Below are positions 10,485 to 20,062 of a stretch of 64,000 nt of DNA, piece after piece. The notes under the pieces were generated by a model. The model saw only the letters and a program-made list of their open reading frames with translations, was not told the DNA's origin and made no database searches. Position numbers and translations under genes: made by a program. Within the stretch, counting starts at the first letter, position 1. Every line of letters begins with the position of its first letter. This stretch comes from an uncultured virus (IMG/VR IMGVR_UViG_3300015607_002766) (Duplodnaviria; Heunggongvirae; Uroviricota; Caudoviricetes), in the IMG/VR virus record IMGVR_UViG_3300015607_002766; one strand, written 5' to 3'.

Positions 10485-10862
10485 TTACTTTTTAAGACCT
10501 AAAGCTTGTCTTGTCATTTCTCTAAGATGTTCAATACTTTCATCTCTTTTTTGTAGATCTTGATAAACATTTGCTACTTCTTTATTATATCCATCATATA
10601 GTTTATCACATCGACTATCTATTTTTCTATCTAATTCATTTTGAACATTAGACATAGAGCTATCAAACTCATTAAATCTATTGTTTATGTTCAATATTTC
10701 ACCATTTAAGGCATTTTGTAGATCTATAATATCTACTTCGTTTTGTTTAACAACACGTCTTAACTTTCTCACAACCGCAACCAAATAAGCTATAGAGCCT
10801 ACGACCGCAACTGACACAAGAGTAATCAAAACTGTTACTAAAATTAATTGTAAATTTTCCAT
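10485..10862 (-). CDS. membrane-anchored coiled-coil protein
   Basis: N-terminal hydrophobic helix followed by a heptad-rich region. Confidence 0.7.
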   Translation of the reverse strand: MENLQLILVTVLITLVSVAVVGSIAYLVAVVRKLRRVVKQNEVDIIDLQNALNGEILNINNRFNEFDSSMSNVQNELDRKIDSRCDKLYDGYNKEVANVYQDLQKRDESIEHLREMTRQALGLKK

Positions 10863-10863
10863 T

Positions 10864-11346
10864 TTAATTATTTATTTTTTGTTGTCTAGCAATTTCTTTT
10901 TCTTTTATTTCTTTTTCAAGCTCTTCTGGATGAAGTAGACCTCTGCCATACTTCTTAAATCTTTCTTGATATCTTAGTTTAACTCTATCTGAAATAGGTA
11001 TTGGTGACCCTTCTTCATCAAGTTTAACAAATACCATTTTAGTTGAGCAAACTATTTCTTGTCTACCTGTGTGAACATTATGCTTTCTGGCTTCAAGTTT
11101 TATAGTAACTGATGTGTTACCAAACTTATCAACTGATGCGTATATCTTAATAAGATTACCTACCTTAACCGGACTTTCAAAAACAACCTCTTCAATCTTT
11201 TTAGTTACCATTTTTGATGAGTCACATATTTGACAAGCATATGCCGCCGCTGATTCATCTAAAAATGAGAGCATGTGTCCACCAAATAATGAATCATTTA
11301 CTCCGATATCCAACACCATGCATATTCTAGTTGTTATTAATTCCAT
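10864..11346 (-). CDS. acyl-CoA thioesterase (hotdog fold)
   Basis: DIGVNDSLFGGHMLSFLDESAA, FESPVKVG, GNTSVT. Confidence 0.85.
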   Translation of the reverse strand: MELITTRICMVLDIGVNDSLFGGHMLSFLDESAAAYACQICDSSKMVTKKIEEVVFESPVKVGNLIKIYASVDKFGNTSVTIKLEARKHNVHTGRQEIVCSTKMVFVKLDEEGSPIPISDRVKLRYQERFKKYGRGLLHPEELEKEIKEKEIARQQKINN

Positions 11347-12097
11347 AATCTAATTCCTCCCATACCCACTTATATGTTTTTTTATTCACTATTTCTGAAA
11401 TACAACTTAATGATAAACCAAACATTTCTTTTAATTCAGAATAGCTCTTTTGTTTTGTTTTTGATAGATTGTATATCGCTAACACATCATACTTAGATAG
11501 TGATGCATTATGCTTGGATAGTTTATCTCTTTTTTCCTTTGAAATGGATGGTTCTCTACTCTCGGTATTATTACTTTTCTTCATATTATTTTTATGCTCT
11601 TCAGAAAATTCACGACCTATAAGCGAGTTTCTTATTTTCATTTTTGTTTCATCTGAATGATTTCTACCCATATTATGTGATATATTATTTTCATAAAAAA
11701 GTTTAAGACCATGACTTATACCTATTTTATTTTTCTCAGATAAAGGAATACCCTTTCTAATACCAACCCTACCTATACTTATATTCTTTTTCCATTCTGA
11801 AATTTCGTCATTGTTCATAAAAATTCTAATATCACCACCCTGTCCACCTTCTCTTATATTATAAAATTTTCTATCTTTATCTGCGTTAAAAAATGAAATC
11901 CAGTATTTTTCAGCTTTAATTAGTTCTTCCTTCGAAGAGCACACTTGTAATATCTCTTTTTTGAAATTTACCCGACCATATTTTTTTATGGCTTTTTTTA
12001 TATAAAGACCTGATCCTAAATAGTAAGGACAATTACTTGAATCCATACCTATATACTTTTTATTATTGATTAAATTAGTTACAAGATAAATAACCAT
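11327..12097 (-). mobile_element. GIY-YIG homing endonuclease with NUMOD-type repeats
   Basis: IYLVTNLINNKKYIG, YLGSG, KYGRVNFKKEIL, HSDETKMKI. Confidence 0.88.
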
Positions 12098-12156
12098 AGT
12101 TATAATTTTTTATTTATATATTAAAAATTATATTCTTCCACCGAAAAGGTTAGTTA

Positions 12157-12654
12157 TTATTGTAATATTTCTTCTAATTTATTATCTCTTTCTTCGTATT
12201 TTTCGGTTATATCAGCACATCTCAACCTATAAGATGTTTTTAGATTAGTTAAATCTACATACTTCATAATTGAAAATAAAACAAATTTTTTCCATCTGTT
12301 TTTGTTAAAGAACTCATCCATTTCAATGTCTGATTCAAACTCATGAGTTACTGTATTATATTGTCTTGATACAATCTTATTACCTTCAACTTTAATTATC
12401 TGAAACGATGGTAGATTTGATACATATGAAATTTTATTCCAATGCTTATCTAAAAAGTCACCTAACCAAAGTGTTGGGTCAACAGTAGCCATTCTAACAT
12501 TAGAATTTTCGCTACCCATTCTAAAACAGTTTTCAATTAAAACCTTTAATCCTTCTAAATTATTCTCACCAATTGGATAAACTGAAATTGATTTTGAATC
12601 AATAGTTCCACCAGTTTGTTGATTTATATTTGATATGAAATCTTTAAATATCAT
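12157..12654 (-). CDS. hypothetical protein with C-terminal tag (ERDNKLEEILQ)
   Basis: 165-aa ORF. Confidence 0.7.
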   Translation of the reverse strand: MIFKDFISNINQQTGGTIDSKSISVYPIGENNLEGLKVLIENCFRMGSENSNVRMATVDPTLWLGDFLDKHWNKISYVSNLPSFQIIKVEGNKIVSRQYNTVTHEFESDIEMDEFFNKNRWKKFVLFSIMKYVDLTNLKTSYRLRCADITEKYEERDNKLEEILQ

Positions 12655-12663
12655 ACTTTTACT

Positions 12664-13338
12664 TTATTTTATATAATAAAAGAGATTAAGTTTAGATCCC
12701 CAGGAGGCATCAACCGTAAACTCTTCTTTTAGTATTTTACACTCTGGAATCTCAATAGCGGATATTAAGTGACAGCCTTTAGATAACTTATCATATACAC
12801 TTTTAATTAAAGTGTAATCAAAGCAAATATTATTCATGAATACTATAGTAGCAACAGATAGGTCAAAGTTATTTATGTCTTTTTCTATAAAAAAAATAGA
12901 ACTATCCGGTGATATTTTTTCTTTAATCCACTTTGAATAAGCTACTCTTTGAGGAACTATCTCAACTCCAACAAGTGTTTTGATATCTGACTTTATTGAC
13001 ATGTGTATTACTAACTTACCTGTACCACTTCCAATGTCAACAAAAACATCTTTATCTGTAATTCTTTTATATTTGTTAATCTTTTGTATTATAGTTTCAA
13101 CACCACTTCTTAATACTTCACCGTAAACATAATTCATATTATAAACACCTTTATAATCAAAGTGTTTATTTATAATCGTATCTCTTTTTGTAAAATTCTC
13201 TAACTGAAATTTTTGTTCAGGTGTGTAGTTATCCCAGACACCTAATAATTGACATATGGATTTTAGGCTAAATAAATTATTCTTATAAAGTAAATCAAGC
13301 TTGTGGTTTTCTGCTAGTAATTTAAGTTCCTTGTCCAT
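12664..13338 (-). CDS. DOT1-like class I SAM-dependent methyltransferase
   Basis: YVYGEV, DVFVDIGSGTGK, GVEI, ATIVFMNNICF match DOT1-family motifs. Confidence 0.75.
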   Translation of the reverse strand: MDKELKLLAENHKLDLLYKNNLFSLKSICQLLGVWDNYTPEQKFQLENFTKRDTIINKHFDYKGVYNMNYVYGEVLRSGVETIIQKINKYKRITDKDVFVDIGSGTGKLVIHMSIKSDIKTLVGVEIVPQRVAYSKWIKEKISPDSSIFFIEKDINNFDLSVATIVFMNNICFDYTLIKSVYDKLSKGCHLISAIEIPECKILKEEFTVDASWGSKLNLFYYIK

Positions 13339-13744
13339 ATTTAACAATCTCAATTTTAGCCTCTCTTAGAAAATCTAAACCTGAGGTATCTTTATAGTCT
13401 TCTAAATAAACTAATCTTTTTATTCCAGATTGTAGTATAAGTTTAGAACAATCTTTACAAGGAGAGTGTGTTTGATATAAAGTTGCACCATCACAAGAGT
13501 GTCCGTGCTTAGCACATTTCAAAATAGCATTTGCTTCACCATGTATAACATACCAGTTTGTATCACCATCTGAATTTTCACAAGAGTTATCAAAACCAGT
13601 TGGTGTGCCATTATAACCATCAGAAATAATCATACCATTCTTAACTATTAAAGCACCAACTTGCTTTCTGGTGCAGTGTGAAAGTTTGGCCCATTCTTTA
13701 GCCATATTCAAATAAGTTCTATCATATCTCTCTTTCTTCGTCAT
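13322..13744 (-). CDS. dCMP deaminase
   Basis: SHCTRKQVGA, GYNGTP, HGEANAI, SPCKDC. Confidence 0.93.
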   Translation of the reverse strand: MTKKERYDRTYLNMAKEWAKLSHCTRKQVGALIVKNGMIISDGYNGTPTGFDNSCENSDGDTNWYVIHGEANAILKCAKHGHSCDGATLYQTHSPCKDCSKLILQSGIKRLVYLEDYKDTSGLDFLREAKIEIVKYGQGT

Positions 13745-13904
13745 TGAATATTCTATTTATTTTACTCTTTCTAATATCGTTTTTATTTAAGTTAAACATC
13801 TTCATAAGATAATCTTTTGAAAAATACAAATTATCATAAGTATTGATTTGTTCAGTTAATACTTTTATTCTATCTTGATAAATTTCTATTTTTTCTTTAT
13901 ACAT
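13722..13904 (-). CDS. micro-protein: portal (gp20-like) C-terminal fragment plus tag RKSKINRIFN
   Basis: EKIEIYQDRIKVL...YFSKDYLMKMFNLNKNDI resembles the T4-type portal crown region. Confidence 0.55.
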   Translation of the reverse strand: MYKEKIEIYQDRIKVLTEQINTYDNLYFSKDYLMKMFNLNKNDIRKSKINRIFNDEEREI

Positions 13905-14055
13905 TGAATATGCTCATTATTTTAATTCTTCTAAGATATTTTCTAAAGGATTTACGATATACTTTTTCATCATAAATTCTACCATTACCTGGATATGTAT
14001 TATCAAATATTTGTAAAACACCGGTTAGTTTAATTATATCTTTACCTTTATACAT
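13897..14055 (-). CDS. micro-protein: prohead protease (gp21-like) N-terminal fragment plus tag RRIKIMSIFN
   Basis: KLTGVLQIFDNTYPGNGRIYDEKV resembles gp21 GxxQxxDxxNxNGRIY; ATG overlaps the upstream stop. Confidence 0.65.
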   Translation of the reverse strand: MYKGKDIIKLTGVLQIFDNTYPGNGRIYDEKVYRKSFRKYLRRIKIMSIFNV

Positions 14056-14269
14056 TGAATATCTTTTGAATTGAATTTTTTCTTCTTTTATTTCTATCTG
14101 GTTCAAATCCTAAATTTCTTAAAATATCTCTGTCAATTTCTCTTGCTATCTGATTAGATAACATAGCAGATAATTGATCAGCTATGTCAATTCCGTAAGC
14201 ACTGCTTAGTTTATCAGCCTCAGAGTTTGAATATATCTCTCCACCAGCCCCTGTCTTAATTTTTTTCAC
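14048..14269 (-). CDS. micro-protein: major capsid (gp23-like) fragment plus tag RKNSIQKIFN
   Basis: YGIDIADQLSAMLSNQIAREIDRDILRNL resembles gp23-type HxxDAEAELxxxLSxQIxxEIDREILxxL. Confidence 0.75.
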   Translation of the reverse strand: MKKIKTGAGGEIYSNSEADKLSSAYGIDIADQLSAMLSNQIAREIDRDILRNLGFEPDRNKRRKNSIQKIFNV

Positions 14270-14447
14270 CGAATATTCTAATTATTTTTTCTTTTCTATA
14301 AGAGGATCTTTGATCGCTATAAACATCTTGTATCATTTGAGCAACACTAGGTGATGTCACCATGTAATTACCATATCCTCTTTTAGAACTTTTATTTATA
14401 ACATTTGAGACTTTTAATAGCTTATCAATTAGATCTTTGTTATCCAT
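14256..14447 (-). CDS. micro-protein: second major capsid (gp23-like) fragment plus tag RKEKIIRIFG
   Basis: KVSNVINKSSKRGYGNYMVTSPSVAQMI resembles gp23-type IxxxTxRGxGNxxVxSPxVAxxL. Confidence 0.72.
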   Translation of the reverse strand: MDNKDLIDKLLKVSNVINKSSKRGYGNYMVTSPSVAQMIQDVYSDQRSSYRKEKIIRIFGEKN

Positions 14448-15211
14448 ATCTTATTTTTAATATTCCAATTTTCAGGCAGATGCTTACAATCATTATTGGT
14501 AATAAAGTGTTCTCTCCACATTTCAACAAATTTTTGAATATTATCTACTTGTGAAATAACCATCTCACCGTGAGTCTTTCTAAGAACAGTTGATTTTATC
14601 TCAGATATTTTTAATAGTCTTTGATATGTTAGTCTTTTGATTCCAAAATATGACTTAATTTCTTTCTTTAATGATACTATTCTATCTTTTGGAATATTAG
14701 AAGTATCACCAGCTAATGTACCTGCAATCTTTACATATTTAACTAAGTCACTACGAGTATCTACTTCTCCATTAACTGGTGCATTATATATCTGAGCTAT
14801 TTTATTTTTAAGTTCATCTGCCTTTCTCTCATATGAATCATGACAATCAGCACAAAGTGAAAGAACATCATGAAAATTATGAGATTTAAGTTCCATTGGA
14901 AAGTATCTTCTGTAACAATAAGGCACAACGTGGTGTCTGGTAAGATATTCTTCATTACCACAAGTAACACACTTATTACCCATTTCAGATAAACCAAATG
15001 ATTTATTATGATTTCCAAGTCCTTTTGGTTTGAAGTTTAACTTAACAGTTAGTGGTGATTCATTAACTATTTCTCCTAAGTTTCTATTTAAATACCAATT
15101 GGCTTTTTTTTCATCACATCTAAACATCAAAATCCCATCCGGAGATAAGACTTGACAGTTTCCATAAATCTTACGGTCTTTATCTACACCATATGATTTG
15201 TATATAGGCAT
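14429..15211 (-). CDS. HNH-like Zn-binding protein similar to the C-terminal domain of eukaryotic EXD2
   Basis: IYGNCQVLSPDG..FRCDEKKANWYL, CVTCG, RHHVVPYCYRRYFP..LKSHNFHDVLSLCADCH. Confidence 0.7.
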   Translation of the reverse strand: MPIYKSYGVDKDRKIYGNCQVLSPDGILMFRCDEKKANWYLNRNLGEIVNESPLTVKLNFKPKGLGNHNKSFGLSEMGNKCVTCGNEEYLTRHHVVPYCYRRYFPMELKSHNFHDVLSLCADCHDSYERKADELKNKIAQIYNAPVNGEVDTRSDLVKYVKIAGTLAGDTSNIPKDRIVSLKKEIKSYFGIKRLTYQRLLKISEIKSTVLRKTHGEMVISQVDNIQKFVEMWREHFITNNDCKHLPENWNIKNKIWITKI

Positions 15212-15213
15212 AT

Positions 15214-15768
15214 TTAATTTATTCTATCAATTTGATTTAATTCCAAATCAACCATTGTTTTTCTACCAAAAATCAAAACAGATATTTTAACTCTTTGTTC
15301 ATTGATTGCTTCTACTATACCAGTAAATGTTGTGAAAGGACCGTCAGTTATTTTAATCTCTTGACCAACAATATATCTACTTGTTAATTCTTGCTCAACT
15401 GCTACTTTTTCTTGAATACCAATCATTCTTTCAACTTCTTTATAAGATAGAACTTGAGGCTTTTTAGATCTATCTGAAAGTAAGCCAGTTGCGCCATCAC
15501 AACCTTTAACAAAGTGTGCTAATTCACCAATTGATTTTGTTTCAACAAAAATATAACCAGGATACATAACTTTTTCTCTGGTAAATTTCTTACCATTTTT
15601 TAGATGAAAACTTTTTTCAGTGGGTACTAAAACTCTACCGATAGCACCCATTAAGTCACCTTTTTCGGCTTCCTTTCTTAACTTTTCAGATACAGAACGT
15701 TCACGATTAGATTGAGCTCTAACGATATACCAATTCATTGTTGTTTCTTTTTCCATTGTTGTATTCAT
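15214..15768 (-). CDS. nusG: transcription antitermination factor NusG
   Basis: WYIVRAQSNRE, YPGYIFVE, KOW motif ITDGPF..FTGIVE, VLIFGRKT. Confidence 0.92.
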   Translation of the reverse strand: MNTTMEKETTMNWYIVRAQSNRERSVSEKLRKEAEKGDLMGAIGRVLVPTEKSFHLKNGKKFTREKVMYPGYIFVETKSIGELAHFVKGCDGATGLLSDRSKKPQVLSYKEVERMIGIQEKVAVEQELTSRYIVGQEIKITDGPFTTFTGIVEAINEQRVKISVLIFGRKTMVDLELNQIDRIN

Positions 15769-15778
15769 ATTTATTTTT

Positions 15779-16174
15779 TTAATTTCCTTTTTCTATTTGT
15801 TTATAATATTTGAGTTCCTCTTTAACGAAGTCTAAATGATTTTCTATTAAATAATCTAAATCAATATCTTTTAATCTTAGTTTCTGTAAAAGAAGTTTAT
15901 ATTCCTTCTCACTTAAATCTGACTTTTCAGATTTTTCAGATTTAGACCAAAACCATTTTGGGTATGGTTTGTTTAGCATAAAATAATACCAAGTATTGAA
16001 AGCTGATACTTTATCTATGTTTTTAAGATTCAAAAGTTGAGATTGTTCAGGGTATTTTTTAGAAAAATAACGGTTAAAGATAAAAAAGTATTTTTCTTTA
16101 TCTTCATCCGTTATATTTTTCCAGTTTTGTTTATTAGTAAATAAAGCGTTAGCTACATCTGTTATCTCAGCCAT
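15779..16174 (-). CDS. putative clamp-loader small subunit-like (gp62-like) protein
   Basis: FIFNRYFS...LLN...YPKWFW pattern; adjacent to the 5' exonuclease. Confidence 0.4.
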   Translation of the reverse strand: MAEITDVANALFTNKQNWKNITDEDKEKYFFIFNRYFSKKYPEQSQLLNLKNIDKVSAFNTWYYFMLNKPYPKWFWSKSEKSEKSDLSEKEYKLLLQKLRLKDIDLDYLIENHLDFVKEELKYYKQIEKGN

Positions 16175-17138
16175 TATTATACTTGTTTTCCATTTTCTCA
16201 ACAATCTCATCAGGAAAATTATGAATTCTTAAATCAATTAGCTTCATATTTCCTTTAATGTTTTCTACGATAGATTCTATCTGTGTCTTACTTACTTTTT
16301 TCTTCTCACAGATTAAGTCAGCTATATTTTCATATAAATCTGGATCGTGTAAGTTTATCTCACCAAATTCTTGTAGATAGTTATCATAAATACCTTTAGC
16401 TCCTTTTTCACCTATGCCTCTTTTCTTACCATTCTTTACTTGTGACCAAACTGAACCAATATTATCAGAAGTATCACCTGATATGATTTTAATAATCAAG
16501 GACTCTATTGGATCAATTTCATTAATATCGTATCTATTTAGAAACCTATTCATTAATAATAAGAAATCATTATTATCATTCAAATTAAAAATATCATCAT
16601 TTGGTAATTTTGAAACTTTATTCAAAAATACTTGATAGTTTCTTGGCATAAATAGTTTCTCTTTATTATACATCTCATTTGTCATGATGTTTATGTATAA
16701 AGGATCTAAACCATATCCTACTATTTGTTTTATATCATAGTCATTTGATACTATAATTGTTGATCTTCCTTCTTTATTAGCCTTAGTTACCAAAAAAGAT
16801 ATCCAATCATCACCTTCAACATGAGGCGCTTCTAAAATTTTAACTAAGCCTCTCATTGATTCTTTGAACTCACCGTAAGCATTATAAACAAACTGCCAGT
16901 CAATATCAGAATCTTTTTTACGAGTTGCTTTATAGCCTGTAGTTAATTGTTTTCTCCAAGATTTTTCTTTAGAGTCAGAAACAAGATAAACATTAGCAAA
17001 TGGGTACCACTTTCTATAATTATTTACAGTGTTTTCTAGTGATTTGTGCAAAGCACCGAACAATAAATTGTTCTTATGTAAAGTAAATGTATTCTTACTT
17101 AAAATGTAATTTCCGTCTATTATTAAGTCACATACCAT
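16167..17138 (-). CDS. 5'-3' exonuclease / T4 RNase H-like flap nuclease
   Basis: IIDGN, SWRK...YKATR, EGDD, SNDYDIKQ, GDTSDNI. Confidence 0.88.
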   Translation of the reverse strand: MVCDLIIDGNYILSKNTFTLHKNNLLFGALHKSLENTVNNYRKWYPFANVYLVSDSKEKSWRKQLTTGYKATRKKDSDIDWQFVYNAYGEFKESMRGLVKILEAPHVEGDDWISFLVTKANKEGRSTIIVSNDYDIKQIVGYGLDPLYINIMTNEMYNKEKLFMPRNYQVFLNKVSKLPNDDIFNLNDNNDFLLLMNRFLNRYDINEIDPIESLIIKIISGDTSDNIGSVWSQVKNGKKRGIGEKGAKGIYDNYLQEFGEINLHDPDLYENIADLICEKKKVSKTQIESIVENIKGNMKLIDLRIHNFPDEIVEKMENKYNNG

Positions 17139-17192
17139 TGGGATTTTCTTATTTTTTATTTTATACTAAAAAACCCCAACTAAGTTTTTTAA

Positions 17193-17621
17193 TTATTTCA
17201 ATACTTCGTTGATTTTTCTATCTCGTTCTAAAACTCTGAACTTAATCTTTAAGTATTCTTCTATTTCATCTGGGAGAGAAATATTATTCTTTTTCAACTC
17301 ATTATAGAATGGTTTTCCTAAAACATTTAATGTTGAAATGGCAACAGCTAAGTGGGGATCTGCATAACCATCAACTTCAATATCTTCACCTAGAACATGA
17401 TAAGTGGTTTTTTGTAGAGTATAATTTATGGTGCTTCCACCATAAACTAAATATGAACCATTAGTAGTTGCTGTTGTAATTGTAGAGTTTGTACCAGATA
17501 TAGAAATAACTCCAGAACTACCAGTTAGACCCAATGAACCTGAAACAGAAGGTGTGCCATAAATAGGAGAACCTATTGCACTTGTATGAACTGTCTGACC
17601 GCCTATATTTACAAAACCCAT
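17193..17621 (-). CDS. hypothetical protein, Ser/Gly/Thr-rich N-terminus, C-terminal tag (ERDRKINEVLK)
   Basis: 142-aa ORF. Confidence 0.7.
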   Translation of the reverse strand: MGFVNIGGQTVHTSAIGSPIYGTPSVSGSLGLTGSSGVISISGTNSTITTATTNGSYLVYGGSTINYTLQKTTYHVLGEDIEVDGYADPHLAVAISTLNVLGKPFYNELKKNNISLPDEIEEYLKIKFRVLERDRKINEVLK

Positions 17622-17651
17622 ATAGGATTATATAAATGCAATAACAAAAGT

Positions 17652-18139
17652 TTATATAATCTTACTAATTTGAATATGTCTGTATAAAGATTGGAACTCG
17701 TCTCTTATTTCTTTACAGTAATCAAAATGTTTTTTATTGGAATAATAATCCCAAGACTGATGGTTTATTTTTTTCAAAACACTTTCATAGACACCCTTAA
17801 CTAAATTAAAACAGTTTTCTCTATCAGTCCATTTAACTAAATTATCAACTAAGTCAAAATCAATCTTCTTAAACTCATTAAAGAAAGTGTCTTTTGCGTA
17901 AGAAAGTAAATAGTGACGTATAACTTTTCATGGTAATCAAAAACACCTTTTGGATTAGAAAACTCAGGTGTTGTAAGATAAAACTCAACCTTTAGCTAAA
18001 TGTGTAGTTCATTATGTCTGATGCCATTTACATCCTCGAAACCACGCCACCAATTATTAGTTTGAGTATTTCTCTTCAAACGTCTAACTAAATGCTTTTC
18101 TTTAATATGTCTGCGCCATGCGCGATCTCGGATCATCAT
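17652..18139 (-). pseudogene. disrupted coding region: N-terminal fragment MMIRDRAWRRH... plus a frameshifted C-terminal fragment ending YRHIQISKII
   Basis: Manual translation; breaks near 17995 and 17920; TAnnTTTG promoter just upstream. Confidence 0.55.
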
Positions 18140-18160
18140 GGCAAATATAATAAAACTAAA

Positions 18161-20005
18161 TTACTTTAACAATTCTGTTTTTCTTAAATCTGAGCTTTTA
18201 CCGAACCAAATATCAAGTGAATCAGCTGACATATCATCTTTTGTGATTAGTGTCATTTTTGGACTATTAATAATATCTTGATATTCATCATCAACAAGAG
18301 CCGCTAGACCTTTCTTATACTTAATCTCCCACTGCTTTAAGTCTGCTTTTTCTTCCCACTTATTATATTCATTTTGTGAATAAAATAGTATCTTCTTCTT
18401 TGTTTTTGATTTAGGTATAGCAACAACAATTGGTGTTTCTACTTTGTATATCATACGTCTATCAAACATATCCGGCCAGTACTTGTAAAAGAAATTTAGT
18501 AAAAGACCAGCGATTGAATTACCATCTACATCAGCATCTACATAGAAAAGTATTCTACCATATCTTAAATCTTTCAATTCAATTCTCTGACCCAATTTAA
18601 GACCAACTGCTGCCATAAGATTGACAACCTCATCATTTTGTACTAACTTCTGATTAGTCATCTCTGATACATTTACAAACTTACCTTTTAAGGCAAAGGC
18701 ACCCATTGTTTGTGGGTCACGATATTTTCTAAATGCCGAAATAGCCGAGTCACCTTCAAATAAACCAATAGAATATTTCCATCTATCACGACCTTTAGCA
18801 TCAATTAGCTTTTCAACTTTAAGTTTTGTTAGCTTCTTATTAAGGTCTCTTTGTAGCTTAGAATCCTCAGCACTCTTCTTCTGTTGAATCCAATCTAAAA
18901 TAGAATTAACAATCTCAGACTTCAAGATAGACTGTATTAGCTTATTAGAAATTTCAAAAGTAGATCCAAAGTCTTTGACTTCGGTGATTAACTTTTCTTT
19001 TGTCTGAGATGAGAATGATGGATTAATTACAGTGGAGTCTAAAAATAAAAACATATGATTTTTTAGTTCAGATGGTTTAACATCAACTTTATGTTTTCTA
19101 GAAAAGAATTCTCTAAGTTGTGTAATAATTTGATTCATAACATAATCAACGTGAGTTCCACCATCATATGTATCTGTTGAGTTAGCAAATGATACTTGTT
19201 GAAATCCACTTTCTGAAAGAGCTACACCAATTGACCAAGACTTATCTTTTTTAGACTCATAGAAATAGTCAGTTACATAAAGCTTAATATAATCCTCAAA
19301 TGATTTAATATTAATTAAACTACCGTTGAAATATATCTTCAAATTTGGATTACAAGCCGCGATATCATAAACTCTCTTCTCAATCATAGAAAAGTGAGAA
19401 TCATCTATTCCAGTTAAAGCAAACTTTTCAAAATCAACTAAGTAACTAATCTCTGTAAATCCTTTAGTGCTTTTTTTAACCTTAGCTGGTGTTCTTTTTC
19501 TCATATTATTAGAAAAAGTCTGAGTATAATGATTAGCACCATCACAAGTAGTTACTGTAAATTCTTTTGAATAAATATTAGTAAGAGTAGAACCTACACC
19601 ATTTGTACCAGCCCAAGAACGAGCCTCAGAATCATCAAAGTTAGAGCCTGCTTTTAAATTCGAGAAAATCATTTCAGGAATCCACTCTTTGTGTTGCGTG
19701 TGTTTAATAACAGGAATACCACCGTTATCCCATATAGTTATGTAATTGTTACCTCTATCAACTTCTACTTTAATAGTGTTAAGTTTTGAGCCTTTTCTTT
19801 TACTCTCATCAACAGAGTTAGTAACAATCTCATCAAATATTTTAAGAAATCCTGGATTATAGGTTATTTCTTTTTGAGTCATTTTGCCATCTTCAATTAA
19901 CCACTTAGTTGCCTTATGTGGTTTAATTGATCCAATATACATACCAGGTCTTAATATAACGTGGTCAATATCATCAAGCTTTTTGAATTTCTTATCTACC
20001 GACAT
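18161..20005 (-). CDS. type II DNA topoisomerase, ATPase/TOPRIM subunit (T4 gp39+gp60-like)
   Basis: HVILRPGMYIGS, EIVTNSVDE, GTNGVG, EGDSA, LKGKFVNV, DADVDG, YKKGLA. Confidence 0.95.
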   Translation of the reverse strand: MSVDKKFKKLDDIDHVILRPGMYIGSIKPHKATKWLIEDGKMTQKEITYNPGFLKIFDEIVTNSVDESKRKGSKLNTIKVEVDRGNNYITIWDNGGIPVIKHTQHKEWIPEMIFSNLKAGSNFDDSEARSWAGTNGVGSTLTNIYSKEFTVTTCDGANHYTQTFSNNMRKRTPAKVKKSTKGFTEISYLVDFEKFALTGIDDSHFSMIEKRVYDIAACNPNLKIYFNGSLINIKSFEDYIKLYVTDYFYESKKDKSWSIGVALSESGFQQVSFANSTDTYDGGTHVDYVMNQIITQLREFFSRKHKVDVKPSELKNHMFLFLDSTVINPSFSSQTKEKLITEVKDFGSTFEISNKLIQSILKSEIVNSILDWIQQKKSAEDSKLQRDLNKKLTKLKVEKLIDAKGRDRWKYSIGLFEGDSAISAFRKYRDPQTMGAFALKGKFVNVSEMTNQKLVQNDEVVNLMAAVGLKLGQRIELKDLRYGRILFYVDADVDGNSIAGLLLNFFYKYWPDMFDRRMIYKVETPIVVAIPKSKTKKKILFYSQNEYNKWEEKADLKQWEIKYKKGLAALVDDEYQDIINSPKMTLITKDDMSADSLDIWFGKSSDLRKTELLK

Positions 20006-20062
20006 TTTTGCTTACATCAAATTTATTGTATATATAGCAAAGTTTTCGGTTTGTTTAAATAA

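Noticed and set aside
13722..14447. Degraded remnant of the real head operon
   Set aside because: Each piece is a clean coupled ORF with an added common tag, and the capsid segments are in swapped order; kept only as the refuting alternative
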